From the NCBI GenBank assembly GCA_031548675.1, contig JAVBQU010000068.1, positions 1 through 61,620 on the forward strand: a DNA stretch of 61,620 nucleotides, read 5' to 3'. Positions within the stretch are counted from its first letter, which is position 1. The number at the start of each line of letters is the position of its first letter. Below the pieces are notes generated by a model. That model searched no databases, was not told the origin of the DNA, and saw nothing but the letters and a program-made list of their open reading frames with translations. Origin of the DNA: Bacteroidales bacterium (GTDB taxonomy: Bacteria > Bacteroidota > Bacteroidia > Bacteroidales > P3). This document shows positions 46,465 through 54,531 of this stretch, in pieces. The translations under genes were made by a program, and so were the position numbers.

Positions 46465-47436
46465 ATGAAAACAATTAAACTAATTGCAGCCATGTTCCTG
46501 ATAGGGACAACAGCCAGTATGTTTACAGCATGCGTTAAAGATTCAAACAGTGATAGTATGCAGATCCCTGGCGTAAATCAAGTAAAAACTACACAGTCAA
46601 CCACAAATACTACTATTGAATATTGTGGCACTGTGAAAACTGTCAACTTTTTGGCAGGGCAAACCATTCCTGCAGGCTCTGTAACTGTAGGAAATGATGA
46701 AACTAATCTGTATGTAACTTTTTCAACGACAAATGGATGGGAAATGAAAGAAACCCATTTGTATGTTGGAGATGGAACAAATCTAACAAACAAAGCCGGA
46801 AATGCAGCTCCGGGTCAATTCCCATATAAAACAACACATGATCCTCGTGTAACTTCTTTTACATATACCATTCCTCTGCAAGGTCTTCCTGAATGCATGG
46901 TTATTGCAGCTCATGCAGCAGTAGAAAAATGGGTTAATGGTACAATGGTTGACAGTCAAACAGCTTGGGGAGAAGGTTCTCAAATTGGTAAAAACTGGGC
47001 TATGAAATTTGAATATTGTAAACAAGTATGCGAACCCGGAAATCCAGGAGAAAACAGATGTTATCAAGATGAAACAGCATGGGTATTTGGACCTAGATAT
47101 GTAAATCAAGGAAATTGGGCAACCTATACTCCGTATGATGGCACTGCAAAGACTGAAACAATATATGCAGGTCAAACCTATGAAGCTGGTACTGCAACTT
47201 TCTCTGCAGCTGTTGGCGGACAAGTAACCATTACAATAACTTTGAATAGTAACTTTATTTTCCAAAATGGAACAGAGCTTATAAAAATACAAGGGTATAA
47301 CACAACTCCTCCATCTTCAAATCCTGCTCCCGGTCAATTTACCACTTTCAAAGGAACTTCTACTACTATCACAGTACCTCAATATGCATTTTACGGCATT
47401 CACTTAGATGTGAAAAGACAAGTGCCGTGTAATTAA
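46465..47436 (+). CDS. Hypothetical lipoprotein with an internally duplicated domain
   Basis: 323-aa ORF with lipobox 'ASMFTAC'. Two similar halves each carry 'AGQT(I/Y).AG(S/T).T', 'TAWGEG'/'TAWVFG', 'NWA' and 'N(A/P)APGQF'. Confidence 0.75.
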   Translation: MKTIKLIAAMFLIGTTASMFTACVKDSNSDSMQIPGVNQVKTTQSTTNTTIEYCGTVKTVNFLAGQTIPAGSVTVGNDETNLYVTFSTTNGWEMKETHLYVGDGTNLTNKAGNAAPGQFPYKTTHDPRVTSFTYTIPLQGLPECMVIAAHAAVEKWVNGTMVDSQTAWGEGSQIGKNWAMKFEYCKQVCEPGNPGENRCYQDETAWVFGPRYVNQGNWATYTPYDGTAKTETIYAGQTYEAGTATFSAAVGGQVTITITLNSNFIFQNGTELIKIQGYNTTPPSSNPAPGQFTTFKGTSTTITVPQYAFYGIHLDVKRQVPCN

Positions 47437-47455
47437 TAAATAAAAAATTATAATG

Positions 47456-47488
47456 AAAGCCGCTTAGATTTTTCTAAGCGGCTTTTTT
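47456..47488 (+). terminator. Rho-independent terminator
   Basis: AAAGCCGCTTAGA-ttttt-CTAAGCGGCTTT followed by TTT. Confidence 0.85.
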
Positions 47489-47639
47489 GTACAATAAACA
47501 TAAATAATACAGATAGAAATAAAATAATCAGGTGTTATTATTAATGGCTGATATATTTCTTATGCTTGCAGAAAAAGATGTAGATAAATTAGATATTTAA
47601 TGTCAAAATTTATTGTTTTGATTATTGGATTTTAATAGT

Positions 47640-47647
47640 TACCTTTG
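47640..47647 (+). promoter_or_regulatory. -7 promoter box TACCTTTG upstream of elbB
   Basis: TAnnTTTG match 38 nt upstream of ATG 47685. Confidence 0.4.
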
Positions 47648-47684
47648 GAAGGTACTTGAAATGAATAAATTAAAAAATATATAG

Positions 47685-48335
47685 ATGAAAAAATTTGCAG
47701 TAATTTTGTCAGGAAGTGGTGTTTATGATGGTTCCGAAATTCATGAAGCTACTTTAACCTTATTGGCTATTAATAAGGCACAATGTGAATATGAAATATT
47801 TGCACCCAATGTAGAGCAACACCATGTAATAAATCACCTCACAGGGGAGGAAATGATAGAGAGTCGTAATGTTTTGATAGAATCGGCACGTATTGCCCGT
47901 GGAAACATTAAAGATTTAAAAGAATTTGAAGCTAAAAATTTTGATGCGTTGCTTATTCCCGGAGGATACGGAGTAGCCAAAAATTTATCGGACTATGCTT
48001 TTAAAGGATTAAACATGCATATATTGCCTGAAATGGAAAAAGCGATTACCGATACTTGGATGGCTCAAAAACCCATAGGGGCTTTATGCATTGCTCCTGT
48101 AATTCTGGCTAAAATTATTAAGCGGAATGTGGAACTTACCATTGGAAATGATGAAAGTACGGCAAATGATGTTGCTGCGTTAGGAGCAAAGCATCATGAA
48201 ACCAAAGCCGGAGAAGTAACCATAGATACAAAAAATCGTATTTTCTCAACCCCTTGCTATATGGTACAAACATCTATTGCTGCAATTGCAGATAGTGCCG
48301 ATAATATTGTTTGTGAAATGCTGAAAACAATGTAA
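47685..48335 (+). CDS. elbB: ElbB-like DJ-1/PfpI-family protein (isoprenoid biosynthesis/glyoxalase ElbB)
   Basis: 216-aa ORF with 'AVILSGSGVYDGSEIHEA', 'LLIPGGYG' and 'GALCIAP'. Confidence 0.85.
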   Translation: MKKFAVILSGSGVYDGSEIHEATLTLLAINKAQCEYEIFAPNVEQHHVINHLTGEEMIESRNVLIESARIARGNIKDLKEFEAKNFDALLIPGGYGVAKNLSDYAFKGLNMHILPEMEKAITDTWMAQKPIGALCIAPVILAKIIKRNVELTIGNDESTANDVAALGAKHHETKAGEVTIDTKNRIFSTPCYMVQTSIAAIADSADNIVCEMLKTM

Positions 48336-48340
48336 AACAA

Positions 48341-48368
48341 AAAAGGCTATCATATGATAGCCTTTTTT
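48341..48368 (+). terminator. Rho-independent terminator after elbB
   Basis: AAAAGGCTATCATATGATAGCCTTTT palindrome followed by TT. Confidence 0.85.
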
Positions 48369-48371
48369 ATG

Positions 48372-48444
48372 TGATTGCGCTGGGATTCGAACCCAGGACC
48401 CCATCCTTAAAAGGGATGTGCTCTACCGGCTGAGCTACGCAATC
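48372..48444 (-). tRNA. tRNA-Lys (anticodon UUU)
   Basis: The reverse complement is GATTGCG-TA-GCTC-AGCCGGTA-GAGC-A-CATCC-CTTTTAA-GGATG-GGGTC-CTGGG-TTCGAAT-CCCAG-CGCAATC-A. This gives a 73-nt cloverleaf with all four stems paired, TTCGAAT in the T-loop and no encoded CCA. A minus-strand -7 box TACCTTTG lies at 48466-48473. Confidence 0.95.
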
Positions 48445-48557
48445 ATCCTAAATTTTTTGAGAGTGCAAAGGTACTGCTATTTTTTTTAATTAACAAAGGC
48501 TTTTTTAATATTCGGTACTAAAAGATAAAGCAGGCACGCTTTTCTAAAATTTTCCCG

Positions 48558-48565
48558 TAAATTTG
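48558..48565 (+). promoter_or_regulatory. -7 promoter box TAAATTTG upstream of hutU
   Basis: TAnnTTTG match 33 nt upstream of ATG 48598. Confidence 0.4.
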
Positions 48566-48597
48566 CATATTACATTTTAAGATAAATACACCATAAT

Positions 48598-50595
48598 ATG
48601 AGCCTTACATTCCAACAAGAGATTTTACAAGGAATTCCTGCTGTTTTGCCGGAAGTACCAGTGTACGATACAAGCGTTAACCATGCCCCGAAACGCAAGG
48701 ATATTTTAAGCAAGGAAGAAAAAAAACTGGCAATACGTAATGCTTTGCGTTATTTTGATTCCAAACATCATCCGGTATTAGCCTCTGAATTTGCAGAAGA
48801 ATTGAAAAAATACGGACGAATTTACATGTATCGTTTTCGCCCTCAATACCGCATGTATGCCCGCCCGATAAACGAATATCCCGGAAAATCCGAACAAGCC
48901 AAGGCTATTATGCTGATGATTCAAAATAACTTGGATTATGCAGTAGCCCAACATCCACACGAATTAATTACATACGGTGGAAATGGAGCGGTGTTTCAAA
49001 ATTGGGCTCAATATCTGCTCACTATGAAATATCTATCGGAAATGACGGATGAGCAGACTTTGGTTATGTATTCAGGTCATCCGATGGGCTTGTTCCCGTC
49101 GCATAAAGAAGCTCCCCGTGTAGTAGTTACTAACGGAATGATGATTCCTAATTATTCTAAACCTGATGATTGGGAAAAATTTAATGCTTTGGGGGTTTCC
49201 CAATATGGACAAATGACAGCGGGGTCATATATGTATATTGGACCACAGGGAATTGTACATGGAACCACCATCACAGTATTAAATGCCGGACGTAAAATAG
49301 GGAAAGACGGCTTAGCCGGAAAATTATTTATTACAGCCGGATTAGGCGGAATGTCGGGAGCTCAACCTAAAGCAGGAAATATTGCAGGTTGTGTTTCCAT
49401 TACAGCCGAGATTAACCCTAAAGCAACACATACACGCCATTCGCAAGGTTGGGTGGATGAGGTTTACGACGATTTAGATAAATTGATGCAGCGTGTACAG
49501 CAAGCCCGTACGAATAAAGAAGTAGTTTCATTTGCATATCAGGGAAATATAGTTGAGTTGTGGGAATATTTGGCAGAGAAAAATATTCAGGTTGATTTAG
49601 GTTCTGATCAGACATCTTTACATAATCCTTGGGCAGGGGGCTATTATCCAGTAGGGATTTCGTTTGAAGAATCGAAACGGATGATGGCAGAAGAACCCGA
49701 AAAATTTAAAGAAGAGGTACAAAAAACACTTCGTCGCCATGTAGCTGCGGTAAATAAATTGGTAGCCAAAGGTATGTATTTCTTCGATTATGGTAACGCC
49801 TTTCTTTTAGAATCGAGCCGTGCCGGAGCCGATATTATAAAAACCGATGGAACATTTAAATATCCGTCTTATGTACAAGATATAATGGGACCTATGTGTT
49901 TTGATTATGGTTTTGGACCTTTCCGTTGGGTTTGCACATCCGGAAAATCCGAAGATTTAGATATGTCAGACCAAATAGCGATGGATGTTTTAGAAAATAT
50001 AGCAAAAACTTCTCCGGCAGAAATCCAACAACAAATGCGGGATAATATTCAATGGATAAAAGGAGCTAAAGCCAACAAATTGGTGGTAGGCTCTCAAGCC
50101 CGGATTTTATATGCAGATGCTGAGGGACGTACCCGCATAGCCGAAGCATTTAATAAAGCGATAAAAGAAAGCAAAATTTCAGCTCCTATTGTTTTGGGGA
50201 GAGACCATCACGATGTTTCAGGTACAGATTCTCCATTCCGCGAAACCTCAAATATTTATGATGGTTCTTCATTTACAGCCGATATGGCAATTCAAAATGT
50301 AATTGGAGATTCATTTCGCGGAGCTACTTGGGTAAGCATCCACAATGGCGGAGGCGTAGGCTGGGGAGAAGTTATCAATGGTGGGTTTGGAATGTTGCTC
50401 GATGGTTCAGAAGAAGCAGAGAGACGTTTAAAATCAATGTTGTTTTGGGATGTAAACAATGGTATTTCACGTCGCTCGTGGGCAAGAAACGAAGAAGCCA
50501 TTTTTGCAATCAAACGAGCCATGGCAGCCGAACCTAAATTAAAAGTTACATTACCCAATCAGGTAGAAAACAATTTGCTCGAAGGCTTGTTTTAA
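48598..50595 (+). CDS. hutU: Urocanate hydratase HutU
   Basis: 665-aa ORF with 'HELITYGGNGAVFQNW', 'GLGGMSGAQPKA', 'SDQTSLHNP' and 'GRDHHDVSGTDSPFRETSN'. Confidence 0.95.
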   Translation: MSLTFQQEILQGIPAVLPEVPVYDTSVNHAPKRKDILSKEEKKLAIRNALRYFDSKHHPVLASEFAEELKKYGRIYMYRFRPQYRMYARPINEYPGKSEQAKAIMLMIQNNLDYAVAQHPHELITYGGNGAVFQNWAQYLLTMKYLSEMTDEQTLVMYSGHPMGLFPSHKEAPRVVVTNGMMIPNYSKPDDWEKFNALGVSQYGQMTAGSYMYIGPQGIVHGTTITVLNAGRKIGKDGLAGKLFITAGLGGMSGAQPKAGNIAGCVSITAEINPKATHTRHSQGWVDEVYDDLDKLMQRVQQARTNKEVVSFAYQGNIVELWEYLAEKNIQVDLGSDQTSLHNPWAGGYYPVGISFEESKRMMAEEPEKFKEEVQKTLRRHVAAVNKLVAKGMYFFDYGNAFLLESSRAGADIIKTDGTFKYPSYVQDIMGPMCFDYGFGPFRWVCTSGKSEDLDMSDQIAMDVLENIAKTSPAEIQQQMRDNIQWIKGAKANKLVVGSQARILYADAEGRTRIAEAFNKAIKESKISAPIVLGRDHHDVSGTDSPFRETSNIYDGSSFTADMAIQNVIGDSFRGATWVSIHNGGGVGWGEVINGGFGMLLDGSEEAERRLKSMLFWDVNNGISRRSWARNEEAIFAIKRAMAAEPKLKVTLPNQVENNLLEGLF

Positions 50596-50624
50596 GAACG
50601 ATGAAGACTGAGTTATAAATGATA

Positions 50625-50670
50625 AACGATGAATTGTAAAGATAAATTATAATTCATCGTTTTCTTTTAG
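50625..50670 (+). terminator. Rho-independent terminator after hutU (the inner hairpin of a nested repeat set)
   Basis: AACGATGAATT-(15-nt loop)-AATTCATCGTT followed by TTCTTTT. Confidence 0.65.
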
Positions 50671-50706
50671 AATGTTCTCTCATTCATCGTTCATAAAATA
50701 ATTGCT

Positions 50707-51456
50707 ATGAAATATTTATTGCTGATTTTACTTTCCTGCACAACACTTTCTCCTTTTTGCAAGGCACAAGATTCGTCATATATTAAAATACCGAAGCATT
50801 ATAACGTTGTAAAGTTTAATCCTACACCTATGCTGTTGTGGAATATGGACAATGCGACATTCAGCTATGAACGCATTCAGAAGTATCGTCCTAACCAATC
50901 TTTAATTGTTAGTGCAGGGTATTTAATACTTCCATCGTTGCTAGAGGGCAATGTTTTAAATTTGATAAATGTTCATAGCACTCAAAAATATGGGATAAAT
51001 GTAGGCGTAGATTATCGCTTTTATTTATCTCGGCAAAATGCACAACCGGCTCCCAGCGGAGTTTACCTTTCTCCTTTTTTATCTTACTATGGCTATCATT
51101 TTTCGTCAGATGTGGAATGCCTTATAGCTCCGATTCAGGGAACATTTTCCGGAACTTTGCAAGTTTGGAATTTAGGCTTTGGACTGGGATATCAATTTGT
51201 AATAGCAAAAAGAATTACATTGGATTTTATGTTGCTGGCTCCTACTTTTTCGCATTATGCTTTTCAAAGAAAATTGGATATAGAATTGGAAAAGGAGGAT
51301 AAGGATGTTGTAAATGAGGAAATAAATTCTGCCATTGATAAACATTTTCCGATATTGGGTACTTTTTTGAATGGAGATAAACTTAGCCGGACAGAAAGCG
51401 GAAAAACCTTTAGTGCCGGAATGCGATACAATGTGCAATTTGGATTTAAGTTTTAG
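50707..51456 (+). CDS. Hypothetical outer-membrane beta-barrel-like protein
   Basis: 249-aa ORF with signal peptide 'LLILLSCTTLSPFCKAQ', alternating aromatic/aliphatic strands and the C-terminus '..RYNVQFGFKF'. Confidence 0.65.
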   Translation: MKYLLLILLSCTTLSPFCKAQDSSYIKIPKHYNVVKFNPTPMLLWNMDNATFSYERIQKYRPNQSLIVSAGYLILPSLLEGNVLNLINVHSTQKYGINVGVDYRFYLSRQNAQPAPSGVYLSPFLSYYGYHFSSDVECLIAPIQGTFSGTLQVWNLGFGLGYQFVIAKRITLDFMLLAPTFSHYAFQRKLDIELEKEDKDVVNEEINSAIDKHFPILGTFLNGDKLSRTESGKTFSAGMRYNVQFGFKF

Positions 51457-51549
51457 ATATTTTTTTAGTATTCGAATTTGCAAAAATAAAAAAACTCCGG
51501 TCAAAAGAAAATCTTAAGAATCGGAGTTTGTAGCCTGAAAACAAATTTG

Positions 51550-52737
51550 TTATCTTCTTCTGTTCTTTTTAGTTAGCTCATGAATATAGCTAAGAATACC
51601 TTTGTCGGTATCTGTAAGCTCAATATTTCTGCGGCTCATGGCTCTCTCTGCCACTATAAATGCTTGGTCTAATTCATAAGTTTTAAATCCGGTCATGCCG
51701 CCCCATACAAATGAGGGAACAAAATTACGTGGGAATCCTGCCCCAAAGATATTGGTATATACGCCGACTACTGTTCCTGTATTAAACATCGTGTTAATCC
51801 CTGATTTTGAATGGTCTCCCATAAATAAGCCACAGAATAGTTCGCCGGTATCAATAAAGCTTTCTTGACCATAATTCCATAAACGAACGGTATCATACGT
51901 ATTTTTCATATTTGAAACGGATGTACATGCCCCTAAATTGCACCATTCGCCTAAAACAGAATTACCTAAATACCCATCATGTGCCTTATTAGAATTAGCG
52001 AAAATAACTACATTTTTTAATTCGCCTCCTACTTTGCTATTAGGACCAATTGTAGTAGGACCATAAATTTTGGCTCCCATTTTTACCCATGCTTCTTCAC
52101 CTAAAGCGAATCCTCCTTTTATCAAGGAACCTTCCATAACTTTGGCATTTTTACCGATATAAATAGGACCTTCTGTTGCATTTAAAATAGAAAATTCTAC
52201 TTCAGCCCCTTCTTCTATAAAAATACGGTCTTCGCGAACGGCTCTATTCGTTGCACTTAACTTTTGGCTTGTCCTCCCTTTCGTTATTAAAGCAAAATCT
52301 GCTTCAATAGCTTCGCCGTTTAAACTAAATATATCCCATATATTATTCAGTTTTATATGTTTGGCACTTGTAATTAAATCATCTTCTCCATCCCCTTCAG
52401 AACCCATGGTTTCAATATCTTCTTCATTTAGGTTCATCGCGATAATATATTCATCCTGATAGGTTAATGATTGTCCCGGCTTTAGTTTCAGAATATCATT
52501 TATTAATTCCTGAGTAGGCAGAACAGACCCGTTAATCAAAATATTTTCTTTCGCCTTGTTTAGAGGATATTTTCCCGCAAGGTAAATTTCCGTTAAAGTA
52601 GATGTTTTTGCATTTAGAAATTTTTCCCATTTTTCTCTAATGGTAAGTATGCCTATCCTGATGTCACAAATAGGGCGGGTAAAGGTGAATGGTAACAAAT
52701 TAACTCTTGAATGATCGTCGAATAGAATGAAATTCAT
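51550..52737 (-). CDS. GlmU-family protein (putative sugar-phosphate nucleotidyltransferase with a left-handed beta-helix C-domain)
   Basis: 395-aa ORF with N-terminal 'ILFDD..R..LLPFTFTRPICDIRIGILTIREKWE' and C-terminal hexapeptide-repeat stretches ('IGPNSKVGGELKNVVIF','GNSVLGEWCNLG'). Confidence 0.75.
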   Translation of the reverse strand: MNFILFDDHSRVNLLPFTFTRPICDIRIGILTIREKWEKFLNAKTSTLTEIYLAGKYPLNKAKENILINGSVLPTQELINDILKLKPGQSLTYQDEYIIAMNLNEEDIETMGSEGDGEDDLITSAKHIKLNNIWDIFSLNGEAIEADFALITKGRTSQKLSATNRAVREDRIFIEEGAEVEFSILNATEGPIYIGKNAKVMEGSLIKGGFALGEEAWVKMGAKIYGPTTIGPNSKVGGELKNVVIFANSNKAHDGYLGNSVLGEWCNLGACTSVSNMKNTYDTVRLWNYGQESFIDTGELFCGLFMGDHSKSGINTMFNTGTVVGVYTNIFGAGFPRNFVPSFVWGGMTGFKTYELDQAFIVAERAMSRRNIELTDTDKGILSYIHELTKKNRRR

Positions 52738-52772
52738 AATGCCAAAGTATTTTAGTGTAAATGAAATATATG

Positions 52773-52780
52773 CAAAGATA
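52773..52780 (-). promoter_or_regulatory. -7 promoter box TATCTTTG upstream of the GlmU-family gene
   Basis: The + strand reads CAAAGATA 36 nt upstream of ATG 52737. Confidence 0.45.
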
Positions 52781-52901
52781 AAATTTTATCAGATTATTAA
52801 GTATGATTTTAAAAAAAATTAGTAATTTATGGTTGATGATTAAGTCTTTATCTAAATTAAAACGGGTTTTGATTTAAAAAGTTCATTATCAGTATAAATT
52901 T

Positions 52902-53465
52902 CTACTTTATCCTGTGTTCATTGTTTTTTATAAAACTTGCCCAGCTTGAATAACCAGTTTTAGCATCCTTAGAAGCTGTAGTTGTTGAATTCTGCATAAA
53001 ATGACACATGGCAACAGCTAGCGCGTCTGTAGCATCAAAATGTGCAGGCATTTCAGTTAAATTCAGTAAACGTTCCAACATACTTGCCACTTGTTCTTTC
53101 GAAGCACTTCCTTTTCCTGTTACAGACTGCTTAATTTTTCTCGGAGAATATTCGTGTATAGGAATTTCCCGCGAAAGTGCTGCCGCAATTACAACCCCCT
53201 GTGCTCTTCCAAGTTTCAGCATCGACTGTACATTTTTTCCAAAAAACGGAGCTTCTATAGCTAAAAAATCAGGATGATATCGGTTTATTAAAGCAATAGT
53301 GTCATCAAAAATCTTTTTCAATTTCAAAGAATGGTCTTCAATTTTATTCAATACAATGCATCCCATGTCTATAAAACTTGCTTTCTTATTTTCAATGGAA
53401 ATAATCCCAAAACCCATAATATTTGTTCCCGGGTCAACACCTAATATAATTTGTTCCTTTTTCAA
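52902..53465 (-). CDS. ruvC: Crossover junction endodeoxyribonuclease RuvC
   Basis: 187-aa ORF with 'ILGVDPGTNIMGFGII', 'LAIEAPFFGKN' and 'DATDALAVA'. Its TTG start overlaps the upstream stop (TTGA). Confidence 0.9.
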   Translation of the reverse strand: MKKEQIILGVDPGTNIMGFGIISIENKKASFIDMGCIVLNKIEDHSLKLKKIFDDTIALINRYHPDFLAIEAPFFGKNVQSMLKLGRAQGVVIAAALSREIPIHEYSPRKIKQSVTGKGSASKEQVASMLERLLNLTEMPAHFDATDALAVAMCHFMQNSTTTASKDAKTGYSSWASFIKNNEHRIK

Positions 53466-54514
53466 TCGTTTTCTTGCTTTTTTATATCAATATAAATAGG
53501 GAGATGGTCGCTAAATCCCCCTAAATAGTGCATTCCGTTATATGTTCTAAAAACTTTTTTATCTAAATATTTTTCATCATCCATAAGCAGAAAATCGGGC
53601 TTAAAAATAACAGCTTCACTATTTTTTAAGAGTATGTTATTAAAACCATAATAAAGACTTCCTGAAATGATAATATTATCAATTACAGACCAATGGGCTT
53701 GATATTTGTGAGTTCCTTCTTTTCCTGCTTTCTTTGCCATTAAATTGAATAAATCATTATTTTGAAGATTTATCGTATCTGTTTTGGCATTTAAGCATTG
53801 CTTTATGGATGGAGCAAAGGGTTCATCATTCATATCTCCCATAATGATGATATTTGCATTTGGATGATTGCTGAACAGGGTATCTGTGATGCTGTGGAGT
53901 AAATTACCTACAAAGCACCGTTTGGCTTCTGTTTCTACAGCCCCTCCAAATTTAGATGGAAAATGACAAATAAACAGATGCAGCGTATCATTTGCAAAAA
54001 GTCCTTTCACATAAAGAATATCACGGGTCTTAGAATTTTTGTCAAAATCGTAAACTATAGGAATCGGGAAATGGGTTATGGGCTTAAATTTTTCGGGACG
54101 ATACAGCATCGCAACATCAATTCCCCGTCTATCGGGAGAATCATAATGAATAAACTTATAAGTAAAACGCCGTAATGGAGTATCAAGTACAAGTTTATTC
54201 AGTACATTCTTATTCTCGACTTCACATAACCCCACAATTTCCGGTGCATCCCATTCTCCCAACGCAATAATGGTCTTGCAAATATTTTGTTTCTTTTTCT
54301 CAAATTTCCCTATACCCCAATGCCTGTTTCCTGATATTGTAAAATCATCATCGTTGGCTATCGAATCGTTTTGAGGATCCATATAATTTTCAAGATTCCA
54401 AAAAGCAATACGCATTTCATTTTTATCACGAGATGTTTGTCCATAAGTAAAAGAGATGGCCCAAACTGATAAAATAATGATAAAGAAAATTCTTTTCGAT
54501 GTCATGCGGTACAT
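53462..54514 (-). CDS. Secreted endonuclease/exonuclease/phosphatase (EEP) family protein
   Basis: The ORF is open from TTG 54535, with likely start ATG 54514 or 54505 ahead of signal peptide 'RIFFIIILSVWAISFTYGQ'. Motifs are 'IAFWNLENY', 'VGLCEVEN', 'IIMGDMND' and C-terminal 'SDHLPIY'. Confidence 0.8.
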   Translation of the reverse strand: MYRMTSKRIFFIIILSVWAISFTYGQTSRDKNEMRIAFWNLENYMDPQNDSIANDDDFTISGNRHWGIGKFEKKKQNICKTIIALGEWDAPEIVGLCEVENKNVLNKLVLDTPLRRFTYKFIHYDSPDRRGIDVAMLYRPEKFKPITHFPIPIVYDFDKNSKTRDILYVKGLFANDTLHLFICHFPSKFGGAVETEAKRCFVGNLLHSITDTLFSNHPNANIIIMGDMNDEPFAPSIKQCLNAKTDTINLQNNDLFNLMAKKAGKEGTHKYQAHWSVIDNIIISGSLYYGFNNILLKNSEAVIFKPDFLLMDDEKYLDKKVFRTYNGMHYLGGFSDHLPIYIDIKKQEND

Positions 54515-54531
54515 TTGGTCTTGATAAAAAA

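Noticed and set aside
47544-47600. 18-aa ORF (MADIFLMLAEKDVDKLDI) in the intergenic region before elbB
   Set aside because: It is too short to support without conservation or expression data, and no promoter box or motif was seen.
45475-48600. Integrated mobile element at tRNA-Lys
   Set aside because: I recognised no integrase, transposase or phage gene, and I noticed no direct repeat of the tRNA 3' end nearby. The flanking genes (elbB, hutU) are ordinary chromosomal genes.
51492-51529. Terminator between the OMP gene and the convergent GlmU-family gene (AAACTCCG..CGGAGTTT)
   Set aside because: It is an 8-bp stem with a 22-nt loop and poor T-tails. It is plausible but too weak to list as a feature.
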